A stretch of 64,000 bases of DNA from Prorocentrum cordatum (lineage: Eukaryota): positions 2,108,001-2,172,000 of the forward strand of contig CAUYUJ010000001.1 in assembly GCA_963575745.1 (NCBI GenBank), read 5' to 3'. The position numbers and the translations under genes were made by a program. The stretch's first letter is position 1. Each line of letters begins with the position of its first letter. Positions 13,828-26,879 of this stretch are shown here, piece by piece. The notes beneath the pieces were generated by a model that saw only the letters and a list, made by a program, of their open reading frames with translations, did no database searches and was not told where the DNA came from.

Positions 13828-14906
13828 TCACGAGCCCTCTCCAGGGCCCTTGCCTTTGCCCATCGCCTCTGTGTTCTTGCCGCCCTTCCCCTTGGCCTGA
13901 TACGCTGCCTTGATAGCCTCGAACTTGGCCTTGGAGATCTGCTCAACTGTTTGGCGAATCTGTTCTTCTTTTTTTCGCGTCGGGCTGACCATCTGGCGAA
14001 CTGGCTGCGCTCCCCGTCGTCGCCGCCTCGGCCGCTCCTGGAGCGGCGGGCTGGCTCATGGGGGCGTCTTCTGCCACGTCGCCTGCTGCCGCACCCTGCT
14101 CGGTCTTCCTCTTCTTAGCTAATCGAGAGACCTGTGCCTTTCGTACTTCTGCTGCTGCCGTCAACCATTGCTCCACTTCAGAATTCTTTTCTGTGAGATG
14201 CCGTGTAGTTGCTTCCAAGTCAGCCAACAATGTTTGCATTTTCTCCTTTTCCTCAGCTTCATATTCACCAGACTCCATATCAGAAAATAGATCCTCATCC
14301 CAAGTAATTGTCATATTCGGGCTCATGTCATTTTTCTTTTCATCTGGCTTGGCCTCTGGCTTCGTCGGGGTAACACCTTCCAACTTTGCGAGAAGCTCCG
14401 TTGCCTGCTGTTTTGCCATGGCCGTTTTTGCAACCAACTCTGCTGCTTCATGTTCCTTTTTGCTGGGCTACTTCCAACGACCTTTGTAGTTTCAGCACGT
14501 TCGTCACACACTGGCCATGCCGATAATCTGCATCTTTCCAAGCTCCAACCGCTTTGCGTACCGCCTCCGCCGCAGATGCTGACGATGTCTCTTCTTTTTT
14601 AGATTATGTTTCCTTGGCCTCGTCGAGCACCTGCAGCTGAACCTTTAGCGCCAGCCTCAGGTTGTGGTCGGTGGTGTTGCCGTGGATCTGCTTCAGCGCG
14701 TCCCGATCGTTCACCTTCGCATTGCGGTTGTCGCCCTGATTCTCATTGCCGTTTTCTCCATCATCTTTGCTCTTGTACAAGCGCACTTTTTTGTAACATC
14801 CAGGGCAGTGAAATCCTTTTGCATCAAGAACTGTGTTCCACTCCACGCGCTTGCAAGAAAAACATTTGGACCATCCCTTCTTTTGAGAATCAGTGAGGTA
14901 CGTCAT
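13828..14906 (-). pseudogene. LINE ORF1 (N-terminal C4 Zn finger, coiled coil, KG-rich tail), interrupted
   Basis: WSKCFSC..FHCPGC at 14906-14800; coiled-coil-like ORF 14437-13943; KGKGGK..KGKGPGEGS* ends just before ORF2. Confidence 0.65.
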
Positions 14907-15029
14907 TCTCTCTCGCTTTTGTCACTCTCAATCAGCTGCACAACGTGACCTCTGAGAGTGTGCCCCAAGCACCTACGAGCAGGTACGAGAGACGGACCCG
15001 TGCTGTGCCTCGCGCGGGGGCGAGGGCTG

Positions 15030-15046
15030 CTCGAGCCCAAGTGGCT
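15030..15046 (-). other. Degenerate spliced-leader relic at the LINE 5' end
   Basis: AGCCACTTGGGCTCGAG vs SL AGCCATTTTGGCTCAAG (14/17). Confidence 0.55.
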
Positions 15047-16597
15047 TGAGGGAGGAGGGGGAGGGGGAGGGGGAGGGGGAGGGAGGAGGAGGAGGAGGAG
15101 GAGGAGGAGGAGGAGGAGGAGGAGGAGGAGGAATAGGAGGAGGAGGAGGAGTAGGAGGAGGAAGAGGAGGAGGAGGAGGAGGAGGAGGAGGAGGAGGTCC
15201 TCCCCCTCCTCCACCCTCCTCCCGTGAAGACGGCTGCACTCTCGATGCCGTCTGAGGGGGGCAGCCGCCCTCGCCGTCGCGCCCAGAGTCCCGCAGCGGT
15301 CTACGCACTGCTTTCCAAGAGGGGAGACGACACACAGACACAATTAACCGTCGACTCCCCAGAGAATATTGGAGAATATGGGAAGTGGGGGGAAGACTAA
15401 AAACCGAGAGAGGGTATGGGAAGATATGGGGAATCCTGTTGTTTGTGTCTATTTATTTGTGTGTCCCAGGGCCCCTTCAGTTTTATTCGTTGTCTCCTCA
15501 ACCCTCCTCCCTCCCCAACGCCAGTGCCGCGTTCTGGTTGGAGCCGCCTCCTCTCCTCTTATCGCCCGCTCCCTAAGACCCTTCCTGATGCCAGGCCGGC
15601 GAAGTTGATGGCGCGTCGTCCTCTGCGAGCCCGGCGAAGACGCACAGGGCAAAGACGAGGCCAGGACCTTGGGGCAGGGTCCAGTTCGGTCCGATCAATG
15701 TGATTCAACATCGATTTCGGCCGGTCCGGTTTGTGTTCGACTTTGGTATCCCGACTGTCCGATGCGTCCCGATGTTTGCACGGCGTTGTTGTGCATCTTG
15801 GCACGGCCGATTCGGTTCGATGCCGATTCCGTGCCGATGCGGCCCGAGTCGATGCGTGTTCCCATCCGATCCGATTTAGCGATTCGATGTTGACCGTTCC
15901 TGCCAGGGTCCGCGGGTGATCGTTCACGGTCGCGGGTTCCCACGAACCCACGTGCATGCGGTTGTGCAGCGCCCCTCGTGCTGCAGTCTGATTGTTCATC
16001 GCTGCCACGAGCAGTATAACACTGTTGCTGCTTCTTCTGAGATCCCCAACGAGCGGCTCGCGAAGCCAAATCGCCATCGACCGATCGAAATGAGATCGAT
16101 CGAAATTCGATCCCTCGACTGAATTTCAATCGCAGAGTTCGTGCTCCTCCCGATCGAAGTCCGATCCCAGATACGGGGCCGGCCCTCTGCGCAGCCTGCA
16201 CTGCCATGCCGTTGAGGTCACCACCCGTGGGAGCGGCGCCAAGACAGCTTGGCATGGCGAGGGGGCCGGTCCGCGAGGGCTGGCCCGCTTGATGTTCAGA
16301 GCTGGCCTCGCGAGCATCTTGGTCTCGGTGCTTCGGGCCGCTGTGCCGGCCAGCCCGTCCAACAGCGCATCCCATCGCGAGTTGCCGTGAGGAGGACGTG
16401 AAGGATCATCTGAGATACAATCTGCGGACGGACTGTATGCACCGTGACGCGTTTGCTGCTCCCGGGGCGTCGTCGATGATCGACCCAGGAGTGGTATGGT
16501 GCATACTTTTTCTCTGCCAACTTGTGTTGTGTCCTTGTTTTGAAGAGACAGCGCCCCGCGTCCATCTCTCCTCTCCTTCCTCCTCCCCCTCCTCCCT

Positions 16598-16599
16598 CC

Positions 16600-16677
<78 letters not shown>

Positions 16678-16679
16678 CA

Positions 16680-16714
<35 letters not shown>

Positions 16715-16750
16715 ACCATTACGGCCGTCAGCATCACCATCATCGTCACC
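16598..16750. repeat. (CAT)n/(CAG)n/(CATCGT)n microsatellite
   Basis: Direct reading. Confidence 0.95.
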
Positions 16751-16769
16751 TTGCCCCCGCCCATTCCTG

Positions 16770-19230
16770 CACGCCCTCACACGGTTCGTGGCCCCATAGG
16801 GAGCTCCACCGAAGGCCCCAGTTGCAGGGTGCGCATGCAGTTCCACCTTCATTTCGGCGCACCCCTCACACGGTTCGATGCCCCATAGGGGGCTCCACCG
16901 AAAGCCCCAGTGACAGGGTTCGCATGCGGTTCCACCCTCATCTCGGCGCACCCATCACACGCTTTCTGACCCCATAGGGAGCTCCACCGAATGCTTCAGT
17001 GGCAGGGTGCGCACCCCTCACACAGTTCCTGGCCCCATAGTGAGCTCCATCGAAGGCCCCAGTGGCAGGGTTTGCATACAGTTCCACCTTCATTTTGGCG
17101 CACCTCTCACACGGTTCGTGGCCCCATTGGGAGCTCCACAGAAGGCCACAGCGGCAGGGTTCGCATGCAGTTACACCTTCATGTCGGTGCCCCTCTCACA
17201 CGGCTCGTGGCCCTGTAGGGAGCTCCACCGAAGGCCTCATTGGCAAGAACCGTTCTGGACCAGGTTCGCCGTGCCGCAGGGCTGCCGCGCCGCACCGAAG
17301 CCGGGTTTGCTCACGCCGGAGGCCTGCCGCCGGGCCGAGGAAGCTGCGCGCGGCGCACTCCTCGCGTCCCACGCGGCCTCGGGCCTGGCCGCGGGAGGCC
17401 CCCCCGAGGGGGTGCGCCTTCTCCGCGCGGCCGAGGGCCTCCTGCGCGCTGCGGTGGCCGCGATGCGCGGCCCCCCTGCGGCGCCTGCCACGCCCGCCCT
17501 TGGCGCTGCGTCTCGGAGGCGGCGGCGGCGGCGGCGCGGACGTGGCAAGCGTGCCGTTGGTGCAGCGGGCTCCGCCGTCGTGGGGGCGGTGGCCCAGAGC
17601 ACGATTGCGGAGGCTGGAGGTGCAGGTGGCTTCGTGGCGACGGCTGTGCTGGCAGTTGGCGACGGCCGCGGGACGGTGGGGCAGCGTGCCCGCCCTCTCC
17701 TTGGGCCTGCTGCCTGCTGCCGACTTTTCTGATGCTGATGGCCTTCCTCCTGCTGATGTTCGTGAGGATCCGATAGAGCTGGCGGACGACAGCTGGGCCG
17801 ACCTCGCACTTCCCCGTCGCGACGGCGGTGCTGGGAGGGCGGCGGCTGGCGGCTCGGCCCATCCAGGGCCAGGGCGATCCGAGTCGGAGCGCGAGCAGCT
17901 CCTGCTGCTTTCGATGGCGTTGCTGCGGAGTTCCTCGGACTTCGACCGTGGCCAAGAGGCGGAGCTGCTCGAGGAGCTCAAGCGCAAGCTGGCCGCAAGG
18001 CTCTGATGCCCGCGGTGCGCGCGTGTAGCGGCCTGTTTAGCAGCTGCGCGCCTCTCGCCGAGCGCCTCCTTGAGGGCGCCTGGGAGTGGCTTCATTGGAC
18101 TCCCCTCGTTTAGGCGGGGGGCACGGCCAGGAGGGTGCCTTGCGTGGGCGCCCCTGGTGGCGTTGCAGACCTGGCTCCTTCCTTTTGCTCGGCCGCGCCC
18201 GCCCTCGCAGGTGGGTTCCCCAGGAGGGGGCTGCTTCTGGGGCCGCCTCAGATGTCTTTACAGCTACAGGCCACATTGGCAGGGTTCGCGTGCAGTTCCA
18301 CCATCATTTCGGCGCACCCATCACACGCTTCCTGACCCCGTAAGGAGCTCCACCGAGTGCTTCAGTGGCAGGGCTCGCGTGCAGTTCCACCCCCATGTCG
18401 ATGCCCCTCTCACACGGCTCGTGGCCCCGCAGGGAGCTCCGTCGAAGGCCCCAGTGAGAGGGTTCGCACGCAGTTCCACCCTCACCTCGGCGCACCTCTC
18501 ATACCGTCCGTGGCCCCATAGGGAGCTCCACCGAATGCTTCAGTGGCAGGGTTCGCATGCAGTTCCACCCTCATTGCGGCGCCCCCCTCGCACGGCTCGT
18601 GGCCCCCATAGGGAGCTCCACCGAAGGCCCCAGTGGCGGGCCTCTCGTGCACTTCCACCCGGATTTCGGCGCACCCCTCACACGGTTCGTGGCCTCATAG
18701 GGAGCTCCACCGAAGGCCTCAGTGGCAGGGTTCTCGTGCAGTTCCACCTTCATTTCGGCGCACCATTCACACGGTTAGGGAGTTCCACCGAAGGTACCAG
18801 TGGCAAGGTTCGCATGCAGTTCCACCGTGATGCCGGCGCACCCCTCACATTGTTCGTGGCCCCATAGGGAGCTCCACCGAAGGCCCCTGTGACAGGGTTC
18901 GCATGCGGCTCCACCCCCGTTGCCACCCCCATCTCGGCACACTCTCACACGTTTCGTGGCCCTAAAGGGAGCTCCGCCGAAGGCCCCAGTGGCAGGGTTC
19001 GCATGCTGTTCCACCCCCAATTTCGGAACACCCCTCGCACGTGGCGTGGCCTAATATGGAGCTCCGCCGAAGGCCCCCGTGGCGGTGTCCGCGTGCGGTT
19101 CCACCCCCATTACCACCCCCATTTCGGCACACCCCTCACACGGTTCGCCCCAGTTGCAGGGTCATGCAGTTCCACTGTCATCTCGGCGCATCCCTCAAAC
19201 GCGTCGTGACCCCATGGGGAGTTCCACCGA
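16770..19230 (+). repeat. ~88-bp minisatellite (CACGGTTCGTGGCCCCATAGGGAGCTCCACCGAAGGCCCCAGTGGCAGGG...) interrupted by a 1-kb insertion
   Basis: Many tandem units; related inverted arrays at 35150-36260 and 57550-57780. Confidence 0.9.
17246..18267 (+). mobile_element. Short non-autonomous retroposon-like insertion with 14-bp TSD
   Basis: AGGCCTCATTGGCA (17232-17245) / AGGCCACATTGGCA (18268-18281) flank unique sequence inside the minisatellite; Ala/Arg-rich ORF remnant; no TIR seen. Confidence 0.7.
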
Positions 19231-19584
19231 GGACGATACTCACAACTGCGACACCCACATCTGCATGTGGCTGGGTCCTTCGCCAGGCGAATGTCGACCC
19301 TCAGTCCCGAAAAGCTATGTACCGTACGGCGTTGTAGGGGGGCGGTGAAGGGATTCCAAACATGGCACGGTGCATGCGCGCTTTTCTCGTAGAGAGGAGA
19401 AACAACCGACAAACCACAGGAGATGTCAGCCCAAGCAGTCCACCAAAATTGATGACGCTTCGCGAGTCCCCACCAGCCCTTTCAGGAGCCCTGCCCATGA
19501 GAGCTGACGGGAAAAGGGACGAAGAGACACATATAGTGAAACAGCGCGGGCAACCAGGGTGAACAAGAGAGATCTCCGGGAACA

Positions 19585-20396
19585 ATGGGGTGGCCTTGGA
19601 GGGCCTCTTCGGGCTATCCCCAGGGTTCGGAGCTATTTTGGGGCATCTTTGGGACCTCTTGGGCTCTTGGGTCTCTTTGGAAGGTCTTTGGGGGTCCTCT
19701 TGGGGCTCTTTTGGGGCGCCTTGGAGCCCTCATGGGGCCCTCTTGGGGCTCTCTTGGGGCTATCTTGGGGCCCTCCTTGGGAGCTATGGAGCGCCTCCTT
19801 CGGAATTCTTGGAGGCCATCGATCAAAGGAGGGGATCTTCGATTCCCCCCCCCTGGGGCCATCGAAATAGCCTCTTGGGGCGCTTGTGGGGCCCTCTTTG
19901 GGCGATCTTGGGCGCACTTGGGGCAGTCTTGGGGGCCTCTTGGGCCCTTCTTGGAGCTCTCTTGGGCCGTATTGAGGCCATCTTGGGGCCTCAAAGCGCA
20001 TCGGAAGCGAAAGGGCGAGAAGGCACAAATCATTGATTATCCTTTTTGGGGTTTTTGAAGGATATTGGCTTCTCGGGGAGGTCCTGACGGGTCGCCAGAA
20101 GCACCTGGAACCGTTTTGTCGCCCTCTTGGGGCCTCTTGGAGGCATGTTGTTAGCTATCTTGAGCCATGCTGGGTTATCTTGAGCGATCTTGAAGGCTAT
20201 CTTGGGCTCTTTGAGGTTCTCTTGGAGCCACCTTGGGCGAAAAAGGACCTTCTGACACCTCGCGAAATCCCCGTCCAGGTCCAGGGGAGGGGGTAGGGGG
20301 AGGGGTAAATCTTTCCCCGGAGGGGAGGAAAAGGTTTCTGGAAGAGGAAGGGAAGACATCGTGAGACCACCTTCGCCCAGAGGGCTGGTGGGATTG
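19585..20396 (+). repeat. Dispersed (CTCTTGGGG)-rich repeat family
   Basis: Related copies at ~26290-26650, 28980-29250 and 50200-50335; the end motif AGGGCTGGTGGGATT also occurs at ~291. Confidence 0.7.
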
Positions 20397-22507
20397 CCAG
20401 CATGGGGGCTCTCTGTGAGCCTGTCCTGGAGCCTTTCGGTGTTCCTGGGCCCTGCTGGCAGCCAGTCAGTACATCTTCGGCTAGTGCTGGAGGCAATCGG
20501 CTGAGCAGCACAGGGACGCATTGGGATGCCATTCGGGGCCTTGTTTCGCCCATCTTAGGCGTTCGGCCGTCTCCAGGACATCTGGATGCTTCAGAGGCTC
20601 TTCGGAACCGAAATGGTCACAAAGCGACGCCAGTTGATCAAATACTACAGAACATGAATGCCATCTTTCGGGCAGGGCGTAACGCATGCTACTCCCCGTG
20701 CGCCCCGCCCTCAGCCCCAACCCCGCAATGCAAACGCCCCAGAGCCGGTCACAGGCATCCTGTAGCGTTCGCAGACCTACCTTGGCGCTCTTGAGCACTC
20801 GCGCAGGCAGGGTGTGGAATGCTGGTGTGCGCACGTCATTCCGCTCGCTGACCGTCGTGATATTCTTGGGGTCCGGCACATTTTTGCGATCAGCGTCCTG
20901 CTCGCATGCATCATGTGGTTCTGCAAGGGTCAGATACTTTGATATGCTGTCACACCGCAGCGAACGTGACCGTCAACCCCCGACGCCCCCCCCCCCCCCC
21001 GCAGGGAAACATGCGCTACCCCCAAATTTGAAAGCGGTATCTAGAAGCCTCTTGTGACACCTGTGACGGCATCATTGGGGTCCCCGTGGAATGCTACATG
21101 GCTATCTTCTGCAAGCTCGGACGCTCGGAGCTCTTGACGTTCAGGCAGGTCGCCTGGCGGGGGACAGCTCACTCTTTCTCCGAAGGGGATGAGGAATTGT
21201 TTTGGGACGGCTGGCATCCAAAAGCGACCGTGTGGAAGGCCCGAGTGTTTCAAGTTAAGCTTCAAAATCCAGACATATATAGAGAGAGAGAGAGAGGAAA
21301 CAAAAAAAGAGAGAGATTTCTGTTGGGTGCGTTTCCGTCGGCAATGTCAGGGGGGGAAAGGAGTCAACCAGGATAAGGTAGGGTGGCTGGAAGAGTCAGC
21401 ATGGCGCAAGCGCCCCTCCCTGTCTCTCGCATGCTGGCACCTGGGAGGAGCGTTACCTTCGGCAGCACCCAGACCTACGAGTTTCAGGTGAAGGTATCCC
21501 GGTCAGTTAGCTTCTGAGCGCGAAGTGCTCTCACATGTTTCAGCCCCATTATGGATTTGAGTGTTCGCCTGTGCTATAGAAGACTGGAGTGCCATCGTTA
21601 CATTGAGCACTGACGGCTTGTCCGAATGACTCATATGACTAGTGGTATGGAAGGGTGGTTCAGGCTGGTTGGGTCTGCAGCGGCAGAAAAATAGAGGTAC
21701 GCATTGCCTCCTTTGGGAACTCTCGATCTACTTTGCAATCCAGTCCTCCCCCCTTGCGCAAGCTCGCCACTCCTCGCAGTAACCTGCGAGATGCGCACTT
21801 GTCCTTCGAACAGTCGATTCCCTTCTCCCCTCCCCTCTGCACCCTCCCCCCCTGGATGGGGGACGAGTGAGGAGCAGGGGTTCGACGGGTGGCCGCAACA
21901 AGAGCACCCAATCGAATAACACCAATACCAGCGCAAACTTCCGAAGGTCCGCGCGGATACCTTGGATCGGCGAGGGACCCTTCCTTGCGACACCTCCAGG
22001 ACCGGCCCTGACGCGCCCTGCGCGCAGCACCGACCTAACCCTCCCTCCCTCCCTCCCTCCCTCCCTCCCTCCTCCTCCTCCTCCTCCTCCTCCTCCTCCT
22101 CTTCCTCCTCCTCCCCTTCCCCCCCCTCCCCCTCCCCCTCCCCCTCCCCCTCCCCCTCCTCCTCCTCCTCCTCCTCCTCCTCCTCCTCCTCCTCCTCCTA
22201 AGATCAGGGAAGTCCGGGCTTTCGGCTCGGTTCGCTCTGGGGCCGCCCCGGTGCTGGCTCGCTCCGGCCTGGTTTTTCGAAGTGCAGCCGGGGCGCGGAG
22301 GAAGGAACCCTTTCCGTGGGGGAGGGGCTCCGTGTTCCGGAATTGTTCCTGAATTGTTGGGTGAGCCCCCTCCTCCCTCCCCGAAACTCCTGGGCCCTTT
22401 TTTTCGGTCCTTCGGCCCCCGCCCCTCCCCTTTCGAGGCCCTTGAGGCCTTTGCTCCCCTGGCGGGGGCCTGTGTCGGGGGGTGATCCCCCCCCCCACGC
22501 GCTTGCC

Positions 22508-22702
22508 TCGGGTCGGGCGAAAGGGGGGGATAGCAAAGGGGGGGTTTGAGAATCAGCTCACGTAGCTGATTTTCCCGGCGCCTCCCGGCGCCGGAGGCGG
22601 CTACGTATCGAGGAGTGGGCCCCTCGGTGAGGCCGAAACCAGCTGCATGCAGCAAATTTCGTAACCCGCCCTTTCCCAAACCCCCCCTTTCGCCCGACCC
22701 GA
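22508..22702. mobile_element. MITE with TCGG...CCGA termini and 5-bp TSD
   Basis: TIR TCGGGTCGGGCGAAAGGGGGG / CCCCCCTTTCGCCCGACCCGA; TTGCC on both sides. Confidence 0.85.
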
Positions 22703-23519
22703 TTGCCGTAGGTTGTCCTTAGGTTTTCGATGTGAAATCGAACTTTAGCTTATGGAAAGTAGGAGCCTCGTTTCTTATTTAGGGTTCCTTAGGTCAACGC
22801 CCCGACTGTGCAGCGGTTCCGGTTCACCCAGGTCGGTTTGGAAGCACGAACGGTCGACGAAATGTAGCAGCCGAAACAACGCCCCCGATAATACAAGGCT
22901 CCCGGGTGTTTCCGTTATCTCTTTTTTGTCTCAACCTCCTGTTCTTTCGTCGACGTCATTCGTTCATCCTCAGCGTCCGAAGCAACGTTCATACCGGTGC
23001 GTATTGAAGTGTTCCCGTATATCCGTTTGTGTATACATGTATACAGTACACAGAGCTTGCACACCAGGTGCACGACCAGATAATTTCCGATTCCCGTTTC
23101 AGAGCGTTCGGAACGACCAGGAATGATCGATTCTTGCAGTAATTGTGTAATCATCCGAGCGCGTGGTCTTTTTTTGCTCGTGATATTGGCATGGGACTCC
23201 CGTGCAGGGCCCTCGCGGGCTACTTCAAAGCCATTCCGTCTCTTTCTCCTTTCCTTCCTTTGTCTTCCTCCTCTTCGTCCTCCTCCTCTGGAGAAGCAAA
23301 ACTCCTCCTGCTCCACCTCATTTTTTCTTCGCGCGATGTTTCTTCGTGCTCCTCCTGCTCCCCCTCGTCTTCGTGAGACTCCAGCTGGGGGCTGGAACAC
23401 TTGAAAAACCAGGGGGGAAACCCAAAATACCAAAGAAGTCCAAGACAGAAGTTTGAAAAGAAATAGAGAGAGAGGGATAGAGAGAGAGAGTGCCCACAGC
23501 TCATCCGAATCGCTTCGCG

Positions 23520-24300
23520 GTGCTTTCCGAAGGATTATTTTTGTGAGGCTTTCCCAGGGGAACGGTTTGCGGTTATTTCCAAAGGATTCTTGTTATGAGG
23601 TTTTCCCATAAAATCTTGCAGTGAGGTTTTCTAACAGGATCCTTCCTTTGTGGCGGTTTCCAAAGGGTTCTTGTTGTGAGGCCTTCCCATCGAATCCTTC
23701 TGCGGTTCTTGTCCAAAGGAGTCTTGCTGTGAGGCAGAAAGGCGGAGCGTAGAAGGGGAGGAGGGCAGAGCGGAGAAGGAGGAGAAGTAGGAGTCTTGAC
23801 CATCAATTCCGTCTGCGGAATGTTTTCTGGGGGGCGGGGTGCCCCACGGCCCCTTCTGTGGGCCGTGAGGTATCCCCGCCCCCCTAAAAAACATTCAGCA
23901 GACGCTCGCGTTCGGAGATTCTGGCGTCAGGCCTCACAATCCCCAAACAGTGGAAAGCACCACAAAGGGATCATAGGGTAAAGCCTCACAAAAGGGATCT
24001 GCTTGAAAGCACCGCAAGGGGATTCAATCGGACGGCCTCACAACAGGAATCCGTTGGAAAACGCCGCGAAGGTATTCGATTGGAAGGCCTCGCAGCAGGA
24101 ATCCGTCAGAAAGTACCGCAAAAGGATTTGATTGGAAAGCCTCACAAAAGAGATCTGTTGGAAAGCACCACAAAGGGATTATGTTGGAAGGCCTCACAAC
24201 AGGAATCTTTGGGAAAGCACAACGAAATGATCCGATGGAAAAGCGTCACACTAGGAATCCTTTTGTGGGTGGCTCACAAAAAGATTCCTCATGAAGGCAT
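23520..24300. repeat. Inverted minisatellite arms (TTGTGAGGCTTTCC / GGAAAGCCTCACAA) with an internal 95-bp hairpin at 23810-23904
   Basis: Arms are reverse complements; hairpin CGTCTGCGGAATGTTTT / AAAACATTCAGCAGACG. Confidence 0.75.
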
Positions 24301-25181
24301 CGGAAAACCAAGAACACCTCAGGAACACAGAAACAAAACAAAGAACTCAAAGGCATAATCCAGCAACAAAAACGAAGGTCAAATAAAGCAAACAAAACAA
24401 TAACGATTACACTATTTAGTCTACCCTTTCTCCTCCTCCTTCTTCTCCTCGTCCTCCTCCTCCTTCTCTTCCTCCTCCTCCTCCTCCCCCTCATCATCCT
24501 CATCCCCGGCCGCGTCTTACGCTCGTCACATCTTCCTCCTCCCCCCCCCGCCCTTCACCCCTCACCCCTTCCTCCTTCCTCCTCCTCCTCCTTCTCCTCC
24601 TCCTTCTCCTCCTCCCCCTCCCTCCCCCTCGCTTCCTTGCCCTGCTCCATGGAAGGGGCTCCGCGGCAAGCTCAAAGTTCAGTTCGTTGACGAACGTGCC
24701 GGTAGCGTGCCTGTAGCAAGGTGTCTTGTCGTATGTGAGGCGTTCCAGAAAGGGCCTCGCCTTGGAGGATTGCCGGAGTTGCCACCTCTTCCTCGGCGGG
24801 GGGCGGCGGAAGTACAGCAAGGGCGGCTCCGTCGGCAGAAGCCGGCGACGGTTCGGCGGAGGGCGGCGGAAGTCAAGCGTGCGCCCCCCAAGAAATGTCG
24901 TTTTGTTGGATGCGGTGTTTCCGGAATCGGCCGTGCACCTGCTGTGTCTCACGGCTGCTCCTCGGCCCTTCGCCCTCGCTGCGCCGCTCGAGGCCTCAGT
25001 GCCCCCCCCCCCGGGGCGGGCGGCGACTGCTCGGCCAGGCCCGGGCGGGGCGGCCACTGCGGCCGCAAGGCTGCGCCCGCGGCGGGCTGGCCTCCCCGGG
25101 CCCCGGCGGGGGTAGGTTTGCAGAGTGACTGCAGAGGGGGAGGAAGAGGTGTCGATACCGCTGCCTTGGCCTCGCTTTTCA

Positions 25182-25352
25182 CCACCCACCAAACCACCCC
25201 AACCCAACCCGAAGGCCCAAATTTATCCTCGATTTCCAGTGGGGGGGGGTCGGGGAACACTGAAAAAACACATGGAATCCGTCCCCCCCCCCAACCCGAA
25301 ATTCGACTCAAATTCGGGTCTTCGGGTTGGGTTGGGGTGGTCTGGTAGGTAG
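25182..25352. mobile_element. MITE with ~33-bp TIR, TCA on both sides
   Basis: CCACCCACCAAACCACCCCAACCCAACCCGAAG / CTTCGGGTTGGGTTGGGGTGGTCTGGTAGGTAG; copies at 37733-37893 and partial at 28516. Confidence 0.8.
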
Positions 25353-26879
25353 TCAGCCTTCGCCCTCACTGCCGGGGCCTCCTGGGAGGCGCTCGTCGCC
25401 ACGGCCGGAGTGGCCTCGGAGTGCTGGTCAGAACGCGCCCCGGGAGAGGTCCAGGGAGTCCAGGGCGTGGCGGTGTTGGTGTCTTGTGTTTTCCCCTGAT
25501 TCCGTTGCCCGATTGCCAGGAACACCCAGGCGCCGTGGGCACGCAGTTCCCACTCTTTCCTGGCCGCTGTTGCGCCTGTCGGCTATCTAATTCGCACCCG
25601 GTCTTGCCTAGCCGCTATTGCACTTGGTCTTTGTTGGTCGCGTTCGCATTCGTGGCGCATACAGTGTCATTGAATTCGTTGCTGCCTTGCACCTTACGGC
25701 TTCAGCCAGCAGCGCTGGACGGTAGATCGCAGGGGGGCATGGCATGACGATCCGCTAGTCCGTCGTGGACGCCTTGCCCATGTCACCATAGCGGTGTGCA
25801 GGGTGCAAGTTGGATTTTTGTCACGCTTCTCGTATCCCCACTGGCACATCCAGAAACGATGCCCGGGCGAGTTGCCTTGATCAGGGAAGCGCAGGAGCAT
25901 GCAGTGGAATAAAGAAGTTGGGCAGCCGTGATCTCTAGAAGGAGGAGGAGGAGGAGGGCGGAAGCGGAGGATGAGAAGGGTGAGCAGGGAGGAAGATGTG
26001 GAGGAAGAGCCAGAGGAGGAGAAGGAGAAGGAGGAGGAGCAGGAGCAGGATAATCAGAGCAATCAGAAGGAGCAGGAACTTGATGGAACACATTCCGACT
26101 CAACTTTGCTTGAATGTGGAGGAGGTGGAGGAGAAGTAGGACGGGGAATGGGAGGAGGACGAGGAGGAGGAGGAGGAGGAGGAGGTGGCAGGTGGGAGGA
26201 GGAGAAAAAGAAAGAGGAGGAGAAGGATGGGTTAGGAACAAGGCTACGACGACGACAGAAGTCAAGCATCAAGGTCCTCGCTGAACTTTCGGTCTCGGAG
26301 CTTTTTGGTGGCCTCTTCGAGCCATCGTGGGGTCCTCTCGAAGCCATTTTGGGAACCTTGGGAGTCTTCTTGGGCTATTGGGGCCCTCCTGGCGGCCATG
26401 GGGCTTTCTGGGGGCTTTCTGGCCACCATGGAGGACTTTCATCACAAAGGGGGGGCCCTCATTTAGCCCCCCTCCCTCCCCCCCGTCGGAGTCGGAAAAA
26501 AAACATCGCTTGGAGCTCTCGTTGGGCGCTCTTGGGCACTCCTGGGGCCGTCTTGGAGTCCCTGTGGGGCATCTTTGGGGCTCTCTTGGGCGACATTGTG
26601 GCCGCCCTGAGGCTTCAGAAGCCCATCGCAAGCGAAAATGCGAGAATCACCTAATTCATGTACAAAAAGGTTAACCAGCGCGCACCCCAAACAGTGAGGT
26701 ATTACACTGTGGAGGTGGCAGCAATGCTGCGCAAACTACGAGGTGTAAGCTATGCGGTGTAAGCTGAAGGTGAGAGCCGTTGAGGTTGAAGCTATGCGGT
26801 GTAAGTTTTGTGCACGCTATGCGGTGTAAGCTATGTGGTGTACGCTATATTGTGTACGCTATGTTATGTAAGCTATATC

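Larger units (their letters stand above)
8494..15046 (-). mobile_element. Near full-length non-LTR retrotransposon (LINE; ORF1 + APE-RT-RNase H ORF2)
   Basis: Domain motifs listed under ORF1/ORF2; bounded on both sides by (GGA)n tracts; short (ACTC)/(AC) 3' tail; SL-like 17-mer at the 5' end. Confidence 0.9.

Noticed and set aside
16770..19230. CRISPR-like regular repeats (also 59068-59625 and 61270-62790)
   Set aside because: Whole units repeat with no unique spacers; no cas genes; eukaryotic context.
26341..26353. AGCCATTTTGG partial SL match (also TTGGCTCAAG at ~56984)
   Set aside because: Short match within repeat or TE sequence with no associated gene start.
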